64,000 nt of DNA, taken from positions 5,580-69,579 of the forward strand of contig CAWAGJ010000006.1 in assembly GCA_963781475.1 (NCBI GenBank). The letters are read 5' to 3'. Position numbers and translations under genes: made by a program. Under the pieces are notes generated by a model, which saw only the letters and a list, made by a program, of their open reading frames with translations, had not been told where the DNA came from and searched no databases. Source of the stretch: an uncultured Actinomycetota bacterium. Its GTDB lineage: Bacteria; Actinomycetota; Actinomycetes; Propionibacteriales; Nocardioidaceae. This document shows positions 44,229-53,325 of the stretch, one piece after another; positions within the stretch are counted from its first letter, which is position 1; every line of letters starts with the position of its first letter.

Positions 44229-45134
44229 CGACCCGCGGGCCCGCGCCGGTCTGCGGGCCAGCGCGCGCACCACCGTGGAGGCGAACGCCGTGGCGTTGCC
44301 GGGCACCAGGTCGAGGTACAGCCCGGGCTCGATCACCTCGACCTCGCTGACGCACAGCGTGCCCTCGACCTCGAGCAGGTCCACCCGCCCGTACGGGAGT
44401 GGCCCGCCGTGGCGCTCCCCCACGACCGCCAGGGCGCGCTCGGCCAGCTCGACCGCGGCCGGGTCCGGATCGACCGGCCGCATCACGCCGCCGTAGCGCG
44501 GGTGCACCCGCACCTCGTCGTCCTCGCCCGCGGCGACCTTGTCGACCTGTGACACGACCCGGCCGTCCAGCACGAACAGCGAGCGCTCCCCGCTGGTGCG
44601 CACCGAGGCCACCAGCGGCTGCAGCAGCCAGGCCTCGCCGCCGAGCGCGGAGAGCCGCGGGTCGTCGGGCCGCGACGCCACCACGACACCGGCGCCGCCG
44701 GCCCCCGTACGGGGCTTGAGCACGACCTCGCCGTAGCGCGCGAGGCCGGTCCTCAGCGCCGCGACCAGGTCGGTCGCCTCCACGAGGACGGTGGGCACGA
44801 CCGGCAGGTCCTCGGCCAGGTCGAGCAGGTAGGACTTGTCGGCGTTCCAGGCCATCACCGCGGCGCCGCCCCACAGGTGCCCGCCGGCCTCGACCCGGCG
44901 GGTCCAGGCGAGGAACGCCGGCAGCCGGCGGTGGTAGTCCCAGGTCGAGCGCACCGCCACGAGGTCCGCCGCGTGCCAGGCGACCTGCGGATCGCTCCAG
45001 ACCGCCCAGGAGGCGTCGACCCCGGCGTCCTCCAGGGCCTCGAGCAGCAGGTGTCCGCCGGCCTCTCCCCCGGGCAGGAGGTCGAAGGTGGCCAGCAGGA
45101 CGGTCGGCCTCGTGCTCGCGCCGCCCGTCCTCAC
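44202..45134 (-). CDS. ATP-grasp domain protein (RimK/glutathione-synthetase-like)
   Basis: ORF 44202..45134 with GTG start. Pre-ATP-grasp N-domain, then ...GEVVLKPRTGAGGAGV..., ...LLQPLV..., ...GRVDLLEVEG.L.VSEVEVIEPGL. Confidence 0.8.
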   Translation of the reverse strand: MRTGGASTRPTVLLATFDLLPGGEAGGHLLLEALEDAGVDASWAVWSDPQVAWHAADLVAVRSTWDYHRRLPAFLAWTRRVEAGGHLWGGAAVMAWNADKSYLLDLAEDLPVVPTVLVEATDLVAALRTGLARYGEVVLKPRTGAGGAGVVVASRPDDPRLSALGGEAWLLQPLVASVRTSGERSLFVLDGRVVSQVDKVAAGEDDEVRVHPRYGGVMRPVDPDPAAVELAERALAVVGERHGGPLPYGRVDLLEVEGTLCVSEVEVIEPGLYLDLVPGNATAFASTVVRALARRPARARGSFALDGAEC

Positions 45135-45181
45135 CGTCCGTCGTCGCGCTGCGCGGTGCGCGAGCAGGTCCGCCCCACCAC

Positions 45182-45457
45182 TCAGCCGCCCGCGACCGCG
45201 GGGATGACCGAGACCTGGACGCCGTCGGGCGTCGGGGTCGCCAGGTCCTCGAGGAAGCGCACGTCCTCGTTGCCGACGTAGACGTTCACGAAGCGGCGCA
45301 GCGTGCCGTTGTCGTCGAGGATCCGCGCGCGGATCCCGGCGTACGACGCCTCGAGGTCGTCGAGCACCTCGGCCAGGGTGGACCCCTCGGCGCTGACCTC
45401 GGAGTCACCCCCGGTGTAGCTGCGCAGGATGGTGGGGACGCGGACGGACACGCTCAC
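45182..45457 (-). CDS. MoaD/ThiS-family ubiquitin-like sulfur carrier (CysO/MetO-like)
   Basis: ORF 45182..45457 (91 aa). The beta-grasp pattern ends in ...VSVIPAVAGG (C-terminal Gly-Gly). Confidence 0.9.
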   Translation of the reverse strand: MSVSVRVPTILRSYTGGDSEVSAEGSTLAEVLDDLEASYAGIRARILDDNGTLRRFVNVYVGNEDVRFLEDLATPTPDGVQVSVIPAVAGG

Positions 45458-45528
45458 GGGTGCTGGTCTCCTCGTGGGTCGGGGATACGGGCGGGTCGGG
45501 GGTACGGCGGGCCGGCGGTGCGGCCGGC

Positions 45529-46830
45529 TCAGGCGATGCCGGTGGCGACGAACGCGGCGTACGACGGGGCGATCGTGGCGGCCGGACCGACGTGGTCGGC
45601 GACCGCGTCGAGGGTCTTCAGACCCATCCCGGTGTTGATCACCACGGTCTCGGCGTCGGGGTCCAGCTGGCCGGTCTCGACCAGCTTCTTCAGCACGCCG
45701 ACCGTGGTGCCGCCGGCGGTCTCGGTGAAGATGCCCTCGGTGCGCGCCAGCAGCAGGATGCCCTGGCGCACCTCGTCGTCGGTGATGTCCTCGACCGCGC
45801 CGCCGGTGGAGCGGCAGACGTCGAGGACGTAGATGCCGTCAGCAGGGTTGCCGATGGCCAGGCTCTTGGCGATGGTGTCCGGCTTGACCGGGCGGATCGC
45901 GTCGACGCCGTCCTTGAAGGCGACCGAGACCGGCGAGCAGCCGGTGGCCTGGGCGCCGAAGATCTTCACCGGCTTGTCCTCGACCAGGCCGAGGCGGACC
46001 AGCTCGCCGAAGGCCTTGTGCACCTTGGTCAGCTGGGAGCCGGACGCGACCGGGATGACGACCTGGTCGGGCAGCCGCCAGCCGAGCTGCTCGGCGATCT
46101 CGTAGCCCAGGGTCTTGGAGCCCTCGGCGTAGAACGGGCGGACGTTGACGTTCACGAACGCCCAGCCGTCCTCCTCGCCGGCGATCTCGGAGGCGAGCTT
46201 GTTGACGTCGTCGTAGTTGCCGTCGACGGCGACCAGCTGCTCGGTGTAGACCGCCGAGTTGACCTGCTTGGGCTTCTCGAGGTTGCTGGGGATGAAGACC
46301 ACGGTCTTGATCCCGGCCCGGGCGCCGGCGGCGGCCACGGCGTTGGCCAGGTTGCCGGTCGAGGGGCAGGCGAAGACCTTGGCCTTGAACTCGGTCGCGG
46401 CGCTCAGCGCGCAGGCCACGACGCGGTCCTTGAAGGAGTTGGTGGGGTTGGTCGAGTCGTCCTTGACCCACAGGTTGCTCAGGCCGAGCTCGCGACCGAG
46501 GTTGCCGGCCCGGAGCAGCCGGGTGAAGCCGGGCTCCATGTTCGGGCTCTGCTCGATGTCGTCGGGCACCGGCAGCAGCGCCTTGTAGCGCCAGATGTTG
46601 CGCGGGCCGGCCTCGATCTCCTCGCGGGTCACGGCCGGGAAGTCGTAGGCCACCTCGAGGGGCCCGAAGCACTGCGGACACGCGTAGTGCGGGCCGAGCT
46701 CGACCTCGTGGCCGCACTCGCGACAGCTCAGTCCGGTGGCGTTGCCGAACGCGCGCTCGCGCAGTCCGGTCGTCCCACCGTTCGTGGCGGGGTCGGGGAC
46801 CCCGGTCTTCTCGGCAGTCAGGGCGCTCAT
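45529..46830 (-). CDS. threonine-synthase-family PLP enzyme with N-terminal zinc ribbon (ThrC/MetM-like)
   Basis: ATG at 46830, preceded by GAGGAGGAGG, in ORF 45529..46896. CRECGHEVELGPHYACPQCFG zinc ribbon. PLP-lysine motif NPTNSFKDR. GNLANA and IPVASGS. Confidence 0.92.
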   Translation of the reverse strand: MSALTAEKTGVPDPATNGGTTGLRERAFGNATGLSCRECGHEVELGPHYACPQCFGPLEVAYDFPAVTREEIEAGPRNIWRYKALLPVPDDIEQSPNMEPGFTRLLRAGNLGRELGLSNLWVKDDSTNPTNSFKDRVVACALSAATEFKAKVFACPSTGNLANAVAAAGARAGIKTVVFIPSNLEKPKQVNSAVYTEQLVAVDGNYDDVNKLASEIAGEEDGWAFVNVNVRPFYAEGSKTLGYEIAEQLGWRLPDQVVIPVASGSQLTKVHKAFGELVRLGLVEDKPVKIFGAQATGCSPVSVAFKDGVDAIRPVKPDTIAKSLAIGNPADGIYVLDVCRSTGGAVEDITDDEVRQGILLLARTEGIFTETAGGTTVGVLKKLVETGQLDPDAETVVINTGMGLKTLDAVADHVGPAATIAPSYAAFVATGIA

Positions 46831-46843
46831 GAGAAACCTCCTC

Positions 46844-46999
46844 CTCATCTTCCCCGGGCGGCTTTCGCACCGGGACGGAGTTAGCACCGTTTCCACGATC
46901 CGACTGCGCGCCGTCCGGGATCGGACGGTCCGCTGGGCGGAGGCTCGTGGCGGTTGCCGGGACTTCGACGGGCCGTTCCCTCAGTCCCTCTTGATGAGC
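46844..46999 (-). promoter_or_regulatory. SAM-I (S-box) riboswitch
   Basis: The minus strand reads GCTCATCAAGAGGGACTGAGGGAACGGCCCGTCGAAGTCCCGGCAACC...GGTGCTAACTCC...GAAGATGAGGAGG. This matches the conserved S-box blocks CUUAUCAAGAG..GAGGGA..GGCCC..GAA..CCGGCAACC, GGUGCUAAUUCC and AAGAUAAG. The 3' P1 strand GAUGAG abuts or overlaps the SD. Confidence 0.88.
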
Positions 47000-47118
47000 T
47001 GTGCTCGACAGTACAGGCCGTCGTCTCAGCATGCGTCACCCCGTACCACGATGCGGACGTGTAGCCCGGGGACTGTGCTGGCTCGCAGGGCACCCTCACC
47101 GCCGGCCGGGTGGCGTCG

Positions 47119-47150
47119 TCAGAAGTCCCCGGCCGGCCGGGGACTTCTGA
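47119..47150 (-). terminator. perfect 32-nt palindrome downstream of otsB
   Basis: TCAGAAGTCCCCGGCC|GGCCGGGGACTTCTGA (16+16). Confidence 0.6.
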
Positions 47151-47153
47151 ACC

Positions 47154-47177
47154 TGTCGGCCTTTGCAAGGGCCGACA
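47154..47177 (-). terminator. second hairpin downstream of otsB
   Basis: TGTCGGCC-tttgcaa-GGGCCGACA. Confidence 0.5.
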
Positions 47178-47273
47178 AGCTCGAAACCCGCCCGTCAAGC
47201 ACCGAGGGCGCCAGACCCCCGCCCGAGGGCCGGGCCTCCGCCCGAGCCTGCCGGGTACGGGTGCCGGCGCGGG

Positions 47274-48122
47274 TCAGTCGCCCCGGAGGGGGCCGGCGTC
47301 CGCGGCGAGCCGGCGCAGCAGGTCGAGCACGCCGTCGGGCCCGTGCACCACGACGTCGGCGTGCGGCAGCAGGGCGCTCTCCTCGTCGGAGGCGGAGCAG
47401 ACCCGCAGCGTGCTCAGCCCGGCCCCGTCCAGCCGGCCGAGCGCCTCGAAGGCCTCCAGGTCGCCGAGGTCGTCGCCGGCGAAGGCGAACCCGCGGGGGT
47501 CGAGGTCCTCCACGAGCCGTTCGACGGCCTGGCCCTTGTGGGCGCCCGGGGTGCGCACCTCGATGACGTTGCGGCCCGGCTCGAGGGTCAGGTCGTGGGC
47601 CTGGGCCAGCTCGCGCAGCGCGGGCAGCAGCCGCTCGAAGGCCTCCTTGGCGTCCGGCAGCCGCCGGGTGTGCACGGCGACCGCGAGGCCCTTCTCCTCC
47701 ACCCACGCCTCGGCGGCGTCGTGGCGGCGCAGCACCGCGGGCAGGTCCCGCTCGAACGCGGCCAGGACCTCCGGCGGTCGCGGGGAGTCCACGTGCTCGG
47801 TCACCGAGCTCCAGTGCTCGTGGCCGTACTGGCCGAAGACGTGCAGCTCGGACCCCCGCTCGGCGAACCCCCGGCCGACCTCCTCGAGGCCGCCGAGGTC
47901 GAGCACCTGCCGCGCCGGACGGCCGGTGATCACCGCGACCGCCAGCACGTGCCCGGCCAGCCCCAGGAGCGCGTCGGCGGCGTCGGGGTGGATGCAGGCG
48001 GACTGCGGGTCCGCCACGATCGGGGCCAGCGTGCCGTCGAAGTCGAGGCCGACCACGACGTCGGGCAGGGCGCGCACGAGGCGGTCGTAGCGCTGCTCGC
48101 CGCGCTCGGTGGTGAACTCCAC
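47274..48122 (-). CDS. otsB: trehalose-6-phosphate phosphatase
   Basis: ORF 47274..48122 with GTG start. HAD motif I GLDFDGTLAP. KG (motif III) and GDDLGD (motif IV). Confidence 0.9.
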   Translation of the reverse strand: MEFTTERGEQRYDRLVRALPDVVVGLDFDGTLAPIVADPQSACIHPDAADALLGLAGHVLAVAVITGRPARQVLDLGGLEEVGRGFAERGSELHVFGQYGHEHWSSVTEHVDSPRPPEVLAAFERDLPAVLRRHDAAEAWVEEKGLAVAVHTRRLPDAKEAFERLLPALRELAQAHDLTLEPGRNVIEVRTPGAHKGQAVERLVEDLDPRGFAFAGDDLGDLEAFEALGRLDGAGLSTLRVCSASDEESALLPHADVVVHGPDGVLDLLRRLAADAGPLRGD

Positions 48123-48172
48123 GGGTGGTAGCCAACCACGTGCCGGGCCCCGCCGGAGCGGGGGTGCGGCGA

Positions 48173-48721
48173 TCAGCCCAGGGGTGCGGTCAGGATCAGG
48201 GTGAGGCGGTCGCCGCCCATGCCCTCGACGGCCGGCTGGACCCGGTCGACACCCACGTCGAGCGCCAGCTGGCGAGCCGCCCGCTCGAGCTGCGGCGGGT
48301 GGTAGACGGTGGTGGCCGGCACGGAGCCGTACCAGTTGTCGGTGCCCACGACCTGCCAGCCGGCCTCGGACACCGTGCCGCCGACCTGGCCCGCGAGCCC
48401 GGTGACGCCGGAGTTGTTGAACACCACCACGAACGTCTCGCCCCGGTTCACCGGCGGCGGGGTCTTCTTCTCCGGTTCCGCACGGGCCTCGCGGCTGGGG
48501 GCCGGGGACTCCGCCGGCGTGGGTGCGGCGCTGGGCGTCTGGTCGCGGCTGACGATCGCGATCTCGCGCTCGGTCTCGGTCGAGCCCTGCGTGAACAGGT
48601 AGGCGACCGCGGCCATGGCGACGGCCACGATCGACAGCAGCACCACCGGGGACGGCAGGGCCACCCCGCGCTCGTCACGGGCGGGACGGGCGTGCGGGGA
48701 CGGGGTACGGCGGGCGGCCAC
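48173..48721 (-). CDS. LytR_C domain-containing membrane protein
   Basis: ORF 48173..48721. N-terminal TM (VVLLSIVAVAMAAVAYLF), Pro-rich linker, and C-terminal VVVFNNSGVTGLAG......G..V....N (LytR_C). Confidence 0.8.
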   Translation of the reverse strand: MAARRTPSPHARPARDERGVALPSPVVLLSIVAVAMAAVAYLFTQGSTETEREIAIVSRDQTPSAAPTPAESPAPSREARAEPEKKTPPPVNRGETFVVVFNNSGVTGLAGQVGGTVSEAGWQVVGTDNWYGSVPATTVYHPPQLERAARQLALDVGVDRVQPAVEGMGGDRLTLILTAPLG

Positions 48722-48724
48722 GGC

Positions 48725-49027
48725 TCAGACCTCGAAACCGAGGCGACGTGCCGAGCGCTGGCGCTGGCGCTGCGAGCGCAGCCGGCGCAGCCGGCGGACC
48801 AGCAGCGGGTCGGCCTCGAGGGCGTCCGGACGGTCGATGAGGGCGTTCAGCACCTGGTAGTAGCGCGTCGAGCTCATGTCGAACTGCTCGCGGACCGCGG
48901 TCTCCTTGGCGCCGGCGTACTTCCACCACTGCCGCTCGAACTCGAGGATCGCCTGGTCGCGGTCGCTGAGCAGGGGCTGCGGCAGGCCGCCGGCCTGCGC
49001 GGCCCCGGTGTCGCGCTGAGCGTCCAT
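48725..49027 (-). CDS. DUF3263 domain-containing protein
   Basis: ATG at 49027 in the frame of ORF 48725..51688. LSDRDQAILEFERQWWKYAGAKE..VRE.F.MS.TRYYQ.LN.LID is the DUF3263 signature. Confidence 0.85.
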   Translation of the reverse strand: MDAQRDTGAAQAGGLPQPLLSDRDQAILEFERQWWKYAGAKETAVREQFDMSSTRYYQVLNALIDRPDALEADPLLVRRLRRLRSQRQRQRSARRLGFEV

Positions 49028-49147
49028 CGCGGTGTTCTCCCTGATCGTCCGGCGGGTGCGGGGCCCACTGTAGGGGCCGAACCACACCCGTGTCATTCGC
49101 AACGCCGCACCGCCTCCCCCCGTGCCGGGTCGGTTAGCGTCCGGTGC

Positions 49148-50206
49148 GTGAGCACCCCCACCCCGGACCCGGACCGCCCGATCGGCTGGGGGCTCCTGGC
49201 CGCCGGCAAGATCGCCCGCACCTTCGCCGCCGACCTCGCCCACGTCCCGGGCGCCCGGCTGGCCGCGGTCGGGGCGCGCTCCGCCGAGCGCGCCGCTGCG
49301 CTGGTGCTCGACGTCCTGGGCCCGGACCCGGCCGACCCGCCCGCGGTGCACGGGACGTACGCCGCGCTGGTCGCCGACCCCGACGTCGACGTCGTCTACG
49401 TCGCCTCGCCGCACTCCCTGCACCTGGCGCACGTGCGCCTCGCGCTGGAGGCCGGCAAGCACGTGCTCTGCGAGAAGCCGGTCGCCCTGCGGGCCGCCGA
49501 CTGGGACACGATGGTCGCGCTGGCCGCCGAGCACGACCGCTTCCTGATGGAGGCGATGTGGACCGCCTGCCACCCGGTCGTCCTGGGCCTGGTCGAGGCG
49601 CTGGCCACCGGGGCGTACGGCACCCCGCGCCACCTGCGCGCCGAGCTCGGCTTCCGGGTCGACGCCGGGCCCGAGGACCGCCTGGTCGACCCCGCCCTGG
49701 GCGCGGGGGCGCTGCTGGACATGGGCGTCTACCCGCTGACCCTGGCCCACCTCCTGCTCGGCCCGGCCGAGGAGACGACCGCCCTGGCCGCGGTGACCGA
49801 CGACCACGTCGACCTCGACGTCACCGTGCTCTCCCGGCATCCCGGCGGCGCGCTCGCCTCGTCCTCGGCGTCGCTGACGTCGTGGTCGGACCGCACCGCG
49901 GCGCTGGCCACCGACCTCGGGCGGATCGACCTCCTCGGCTCCTTCCACCACCCCGACGCCGCCGTGTTCACCCCGGCCGGCGCGGAGCAGGAGCAGGGTG
50001 AGTCGGGCGGCGGTCACGCCGAGCGCCTCGCGCCGGTCGGCGAGGTGCTCGGGCGCGGCTACGGCAACGAGGCCGCCGAGGTCGGCCGCTGCCTGCGCGC
50101 CGGGCTGCGCGAGAGCCCGATGGTCCCGCACGCGCAGACCACGGCCCTGATGCGCCAGCTCGACGCGGTGCGCGCGCAGGTCGGGATCCGCTACCCGGGC
50201 GACTGA
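49148..50206 (+). CDS. Gfo/Idh/MocA-family oxidoreductase
   Basis: GTG at 49148 in the frame of ORF 48125..50206. IGWGLLAAGKIA Rossmann, and EKPVAL after ...HVLCEKP. Confidence 0.88.
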   Translation: MSTPTPDPDRPIGWGLLAAGKIARTFAADLAHVPGARLAAVGARSAERAAALVLDVLGPDPADPPAVHGTYAALVADPDVDVVYVASPHSLHLAHVRLALEAGKHVLCEKPVALRAADWDTMVALAAEHDRFLMEAMWTACHPVVLGLVEALATGAYGTPRHLRAELGFRVDAGPEDRLVDPALGAGALLDMGVYPLTLAHLLLGPAEETTALAAVTDDHVDLDVTVLSRHPGGALASSSASLTSWSDRTAALATDLGRIDLLGSFHHPDAAVFTPAGAEQEQGESGGGHAERLAPVGEVLGRGYGNEAAEVGRCLRAGLRESPMVPHAQTTALMRQLDAVRAQVGIRYPGD

Positions 50207-50253
50207 CGCCCCGCGTACCCCCGTGACCCGCCGTCCCCCGGTCACCCCCAGGA

Positions 50254-50271
50254 GTGCACCGGGCGGTGCAC
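50254..50271. promoter_or_regulatory. perfect palindrome GTGCACCG-GG-CGGTGCAC upstream of otsA
   Basis: 8-bp arms, 23 nt upstream of the otsA GTG. Could instead be the terminator of the preceding gene. Confidence 0.3.
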
Positions 50272-50293
50272 GGGGAGGCCCTAGGGTGACGAG

Positions 50294-51718
50294 GTGACCT
50301 CCGACCTGCTGATCGTGGCCAACCGCCTGCCCGTGGACCGGGTGAAGAACGACGACGGGACCACCACCTGGCGCAAGTCCCCCGGTGGTCTCGTGACGGC
50401 GATCGAGCCGGTGATGCGCGCCAACGACGGCACCTGGATCGGCTGGCCGGGCGGCACCGACCAGGACCTCGAGCCGTTCGAGGACGACGGGATGAACCTG
50501 GTCCCGCTGAGCATGACCGCGGAGGAGATCGAGGGCTTCTACGAGGGCTTCTCGAACGGCTGCCTGTGGCCGCTGTACCACGACCTCGTCGCCAAGCCCG
50601 AGTTCCACCGCGAGTGGTGGGAGGTCTACGTCGCGGTGAACCGGCGCTTCGCCGAGAAGGCCGCGTCGCTGGCCTCCGAGGGCGCCACGGTGTGGGTGCA
50701 CGACTACCAGCTGCAGCTGGTCCCGCAGATGCTGCGCGAGCTGCGCCCCGACCTGCGCATCGGCTTCTACCTGCACATCCCCTTCCCGCCGGCCGAGCTG
50801 TTCCAGCAGCTGCCGTGGCGCCGCCAGATCCTCGAGGGCCTGCTCGGCGCCGACCTGCTCGGCTTCCAGCTGCCCGGCGGCGCACAGAACTTCGTACGCC
50901 TGGTGCGCCAGCGGGTCGGGCACAAGACGCACAAGGAGCTGGTCTACCTCCCCGACGGGCGCACGGTGCGCGCCGAGGCGTTCCCCATCTCGATCGACGC
51001 CAAGGGCTTCGAGACCCTCGCCCGCTCCGAGCCGGTGGCCGAGCGGGCCGCGGCCATCCGCGAGCAGCTCGGCAACCCGCGCAAGGTCTTCCTCGGCATC
51101 GACCGGCTCGACTACACCAAGGGCATCGTGGCCCGGCTGCGCGCCTTCTCCGAGCTGGTGCGCGACGGGCACCTCGACGTGGAGGACGCGGTCTTCGTGC
51201 AGGTGGCGGTGCCCTCGCGCGAGCAGGTCGAGGACTACCGGATCCTGCGCGACGAGATCGACCGCCTGGTCGGCCGGATCAACGGCGACCTCGGCCGGAT
51301 CGGGCGCCCGGTGATCAGCTACCTGCACTCCTCCTACCCGCGCGAGGAGATGGCCGCGCTCTACCGGATGGCCGACGTCATGGTGGTCACGCCGTACCGC
51401 GACGGGATGAACCTCGTCGCCAAGGAGTACGTCGCCTGCCGCCTCGACGACGACGGCGCGCTGGTGCTCTCGGAGTTCGCCGGGGCCGCCGCCGAGCTCC
51501 GCCAGGCCTGGCTGGTCAACCCGCACGACATCGACGGCATGAAGACCGCGCTGCTCCAGGCCTTCGAGGCCGGCGACAAGGAGCTGGGCAAGCGGATGAA
51601 GGCCATGCGCAAGACCATCCTGAACCACGACGTGGCCGCCTGGGCCGCGGAGTTCATGGAGAGCCTGCGCGACGTGGGCACCGGCCACGACAAGGAGCTC
51701 AACCCTCCGGGGCGCTGA
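50294..51718 (+). CDS. otsA: alpha,alpha-trehalose-phosphate synthase (GT20)
   Basis: ORF 50294..51718. [46 protein letters not shown]. Confidence 0.95.
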   Translation: MTSDLLIVANRLPVDRVKNDDGTTTWRKSPGGLVTAIEPVMRANDGTWIGWPGGTDQDLEPFEDDGMNLVPLSMTAEEIEGFYEGFSNGCLWPLYHDLVAKPEFHREWWEVYVAVNRRFAEKAASLASEGATVWVHDYQLQLVPQMLRELRPDLRIGFYLHIPFPPAELFQQLPWRRQILEGLLGADLLGFQLPGGAQNFVRLVRQRVGHKTHKELVYLPDGRTVRAEAFPISIDAKGFETLARSEPVAERAAAIREQLGNPRKVFLGIDRLDYTKGIVARLRAFSELVRDGHLDVEDAVFVQVAVPSREQVEDYRILRDEIDRLVGRINGDLGRIGRPVISYLHSSYPREEMAALYRMADVMVVTPYRDGMNLVAKEYVACRLDDDGALVLSEFAGAAAELRQAWLVNPHDIDGMKTALLQAFEAGDKELGKRMKAMRKTILNHDVAAWAAEFMESLRDVGTGHDKELNPPGR

Positions 51719-53255
51719 GGCTCCCGCCGTCGGCCATCAGCGTCCGCAGACCGGCCGCCAGGTCGTCGCCGAGCCGGCCACCGCCGGGGGCGTAGCCGTA
51801 CAGCTCGCCCAGGCCGGTGCGGCGGCGGTCGCCCTCCAGCACGTCCAGGTCGTCGGCGGTGATCAGGGCCGGGTGCGGCACGCCCACGGCGCTGGCGACC
51901 TTGGAGAGGTCGCCCCGCAGCGAGCGCAGGTAGTTCGCGACCCGCACGCTCTTCTCGGTCGGGTCCAGGCCACGGGTGTAGCGGACCTTCTGCGTGGCCA
52001 CACCGGTCGGGCAGTGGTCGGTGTGGCACTTCTGGGCCTGGATGCACCCCACGGCCAGCATCGCCTCGCGGCCCACGTTGATCAGGTCGACGCCGAGCGC
52101 CAGCGCGACCAGCGCGTTCTCGGGGATGCCGAGCTTGCCGGAGCCCACGAAGGTCACCCGGTCGCCGATCCCGGCCTCGTCGAAGCGGCGGCGCACCTCG
52201 GCGAAGCCCAGCCGGAACGGGTAGGCCACCGAGTCGGAGAACAGCATCGGCGCGGCGCCCGTGCCGCCCTCGCCGCCGTCGACGGTCACGAAGTCGACGC
52301 CGCGGGTGCCGTCGGCCATCGCGGCGACGAGGTCGTCCCAGAAGCCGAGGTGGCCGACCGCCGACTTGATGCCGACCGGCAGGCCGGTGCGCTCCGCGAT
52401 CCGCTCGACCAGGTCGAGCATCGAGTCGACGTCGTGGAAGGCGGTGTGCCGGGCCGGGGAGGCGCAGTCCTCACCGACCTCGATGCCGCGCGCCTCGGCG
52501 ATCTCGTGGTTCACCTTCGCGCCGGGCAGCATGCCGCCCAGCCCGGGCTTGGCGCCCTGGGAGAGCTTGATCTCGATCGCCACGACCGGGTTCGCGGCGA
52601 CCAGGTCGGCCAGCGCCTCGAGGTCGAAGCGGCCCTCCTCGTCGCGGCAGGCGAAGTAGGCGGTGCCGATCTGGAAGACCAGGTCGCCGCCGTGCTGGTG
52701 GTGGCGCGACAGGCCGCCCTCGCCGGTGTTGTGCCACGCCCCCGCGGCGTGCGCGCCGCGGTTCATCGCCTCCAGGGCCGGGCCCGACAGCGAGCCGAAG
52801 CTCATCCCGGAGATGTTGACCAGCGAGGCCGGACGGAAGGCGTGCCGGCGCCCGCGGGGCCCCCCGAGCACCTTGGCGCCGGGCAGCCGTACGTCGTCGT
52901 CGTCGTGCGGCATCACCCCGATCGGCTGGTCGGGGAAGGTGCGGTGCCGCACGACCGGGTAGCCGACGGCCCGCTCCACGTCGTTGTCGGTGCCGAAGCC
53001 GACGTAGGCGTTCTCCCTCTTGGCCGAGGCGTAGACGAAGCGGCGCTGGTCGCGGCTGAAGGGCCGCTCCTCGTCGTTGGACGCCACGACGTACTGGCGC
53101 AGCTCGGGGCCGAGCCGCTCCACGAGGTAACGCGCGTGGCCGACCACCGGGAAGTTGCGGAGCACGGCGTGCTTGTTCTGGACCAGGTCGTGGACGGCCA
53201 CGGCGCCGAGCGCGGCCAGCGCCCCGAGGGCCGTACGACGCGCGGGGGTGCTCAT
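51699..53255 (-). CDS. FMN-binding glutamate-synthase-family protein (GltB domain-2-like) with N-terminal TM
   Basis: ATG at 53255 ([19 protein letters not shown]...) in ORF 51699..53294. [37 protein letters not shown]. Its 3' end overlaps the otsA 3' end by 20 nt. Confidence 0.9.
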   Translation of the reverse strand: MSTPARRTALGALAALGAVAVHDLVQNKHAVLRNFPVVGHARYLVERLGPELRQYVVASNDEERPFSRDQRRFVYASAKRENAYVGFGTDNDVERAVGYPVVRHRTFPDQPIGVMPHDDDDVRLPGAKVLGGPRGRRHAFRPASLVNISGMSFGSLSGPALEAMNRGAHAAGAWHNTGEGGLSRHHQHGGDLVFQIGTAYFACRDEEGRFDLEALADLVAANPVVAIEIKLSQGAKPGLGGMLPGAKVNHEIAEARGIEVGEDCASPARHTAFHDVDSMLDLVERIAERTGLPVGIKSAVGHLGFWDDLVAAMADGTRGVDFVTVDGGEGGTGAAPMLFSDSVAYPFRLGFAEVRRRFDEAGIGDRVTFVGSGKLGIPENALVALALGVDLINVGREAMLAVGCIQAQKCHTDHCPTGVATQKVRYTRGLDPTEKSVRVANYLRSLRGDLSKVASAVGVPHPALITADDLDVLEGDRRRTGLGELYGYAPGGGRLGDDLAAGLRTLMADGGSLSAPEG

Positions 53256-53325
53256 GGAGGGTTGTCTACTCCCCCGTGCCGTCGGCGGCACCACCCGGCA
53301 CCCCCGGCTCGGCTACCGTCGGAGC

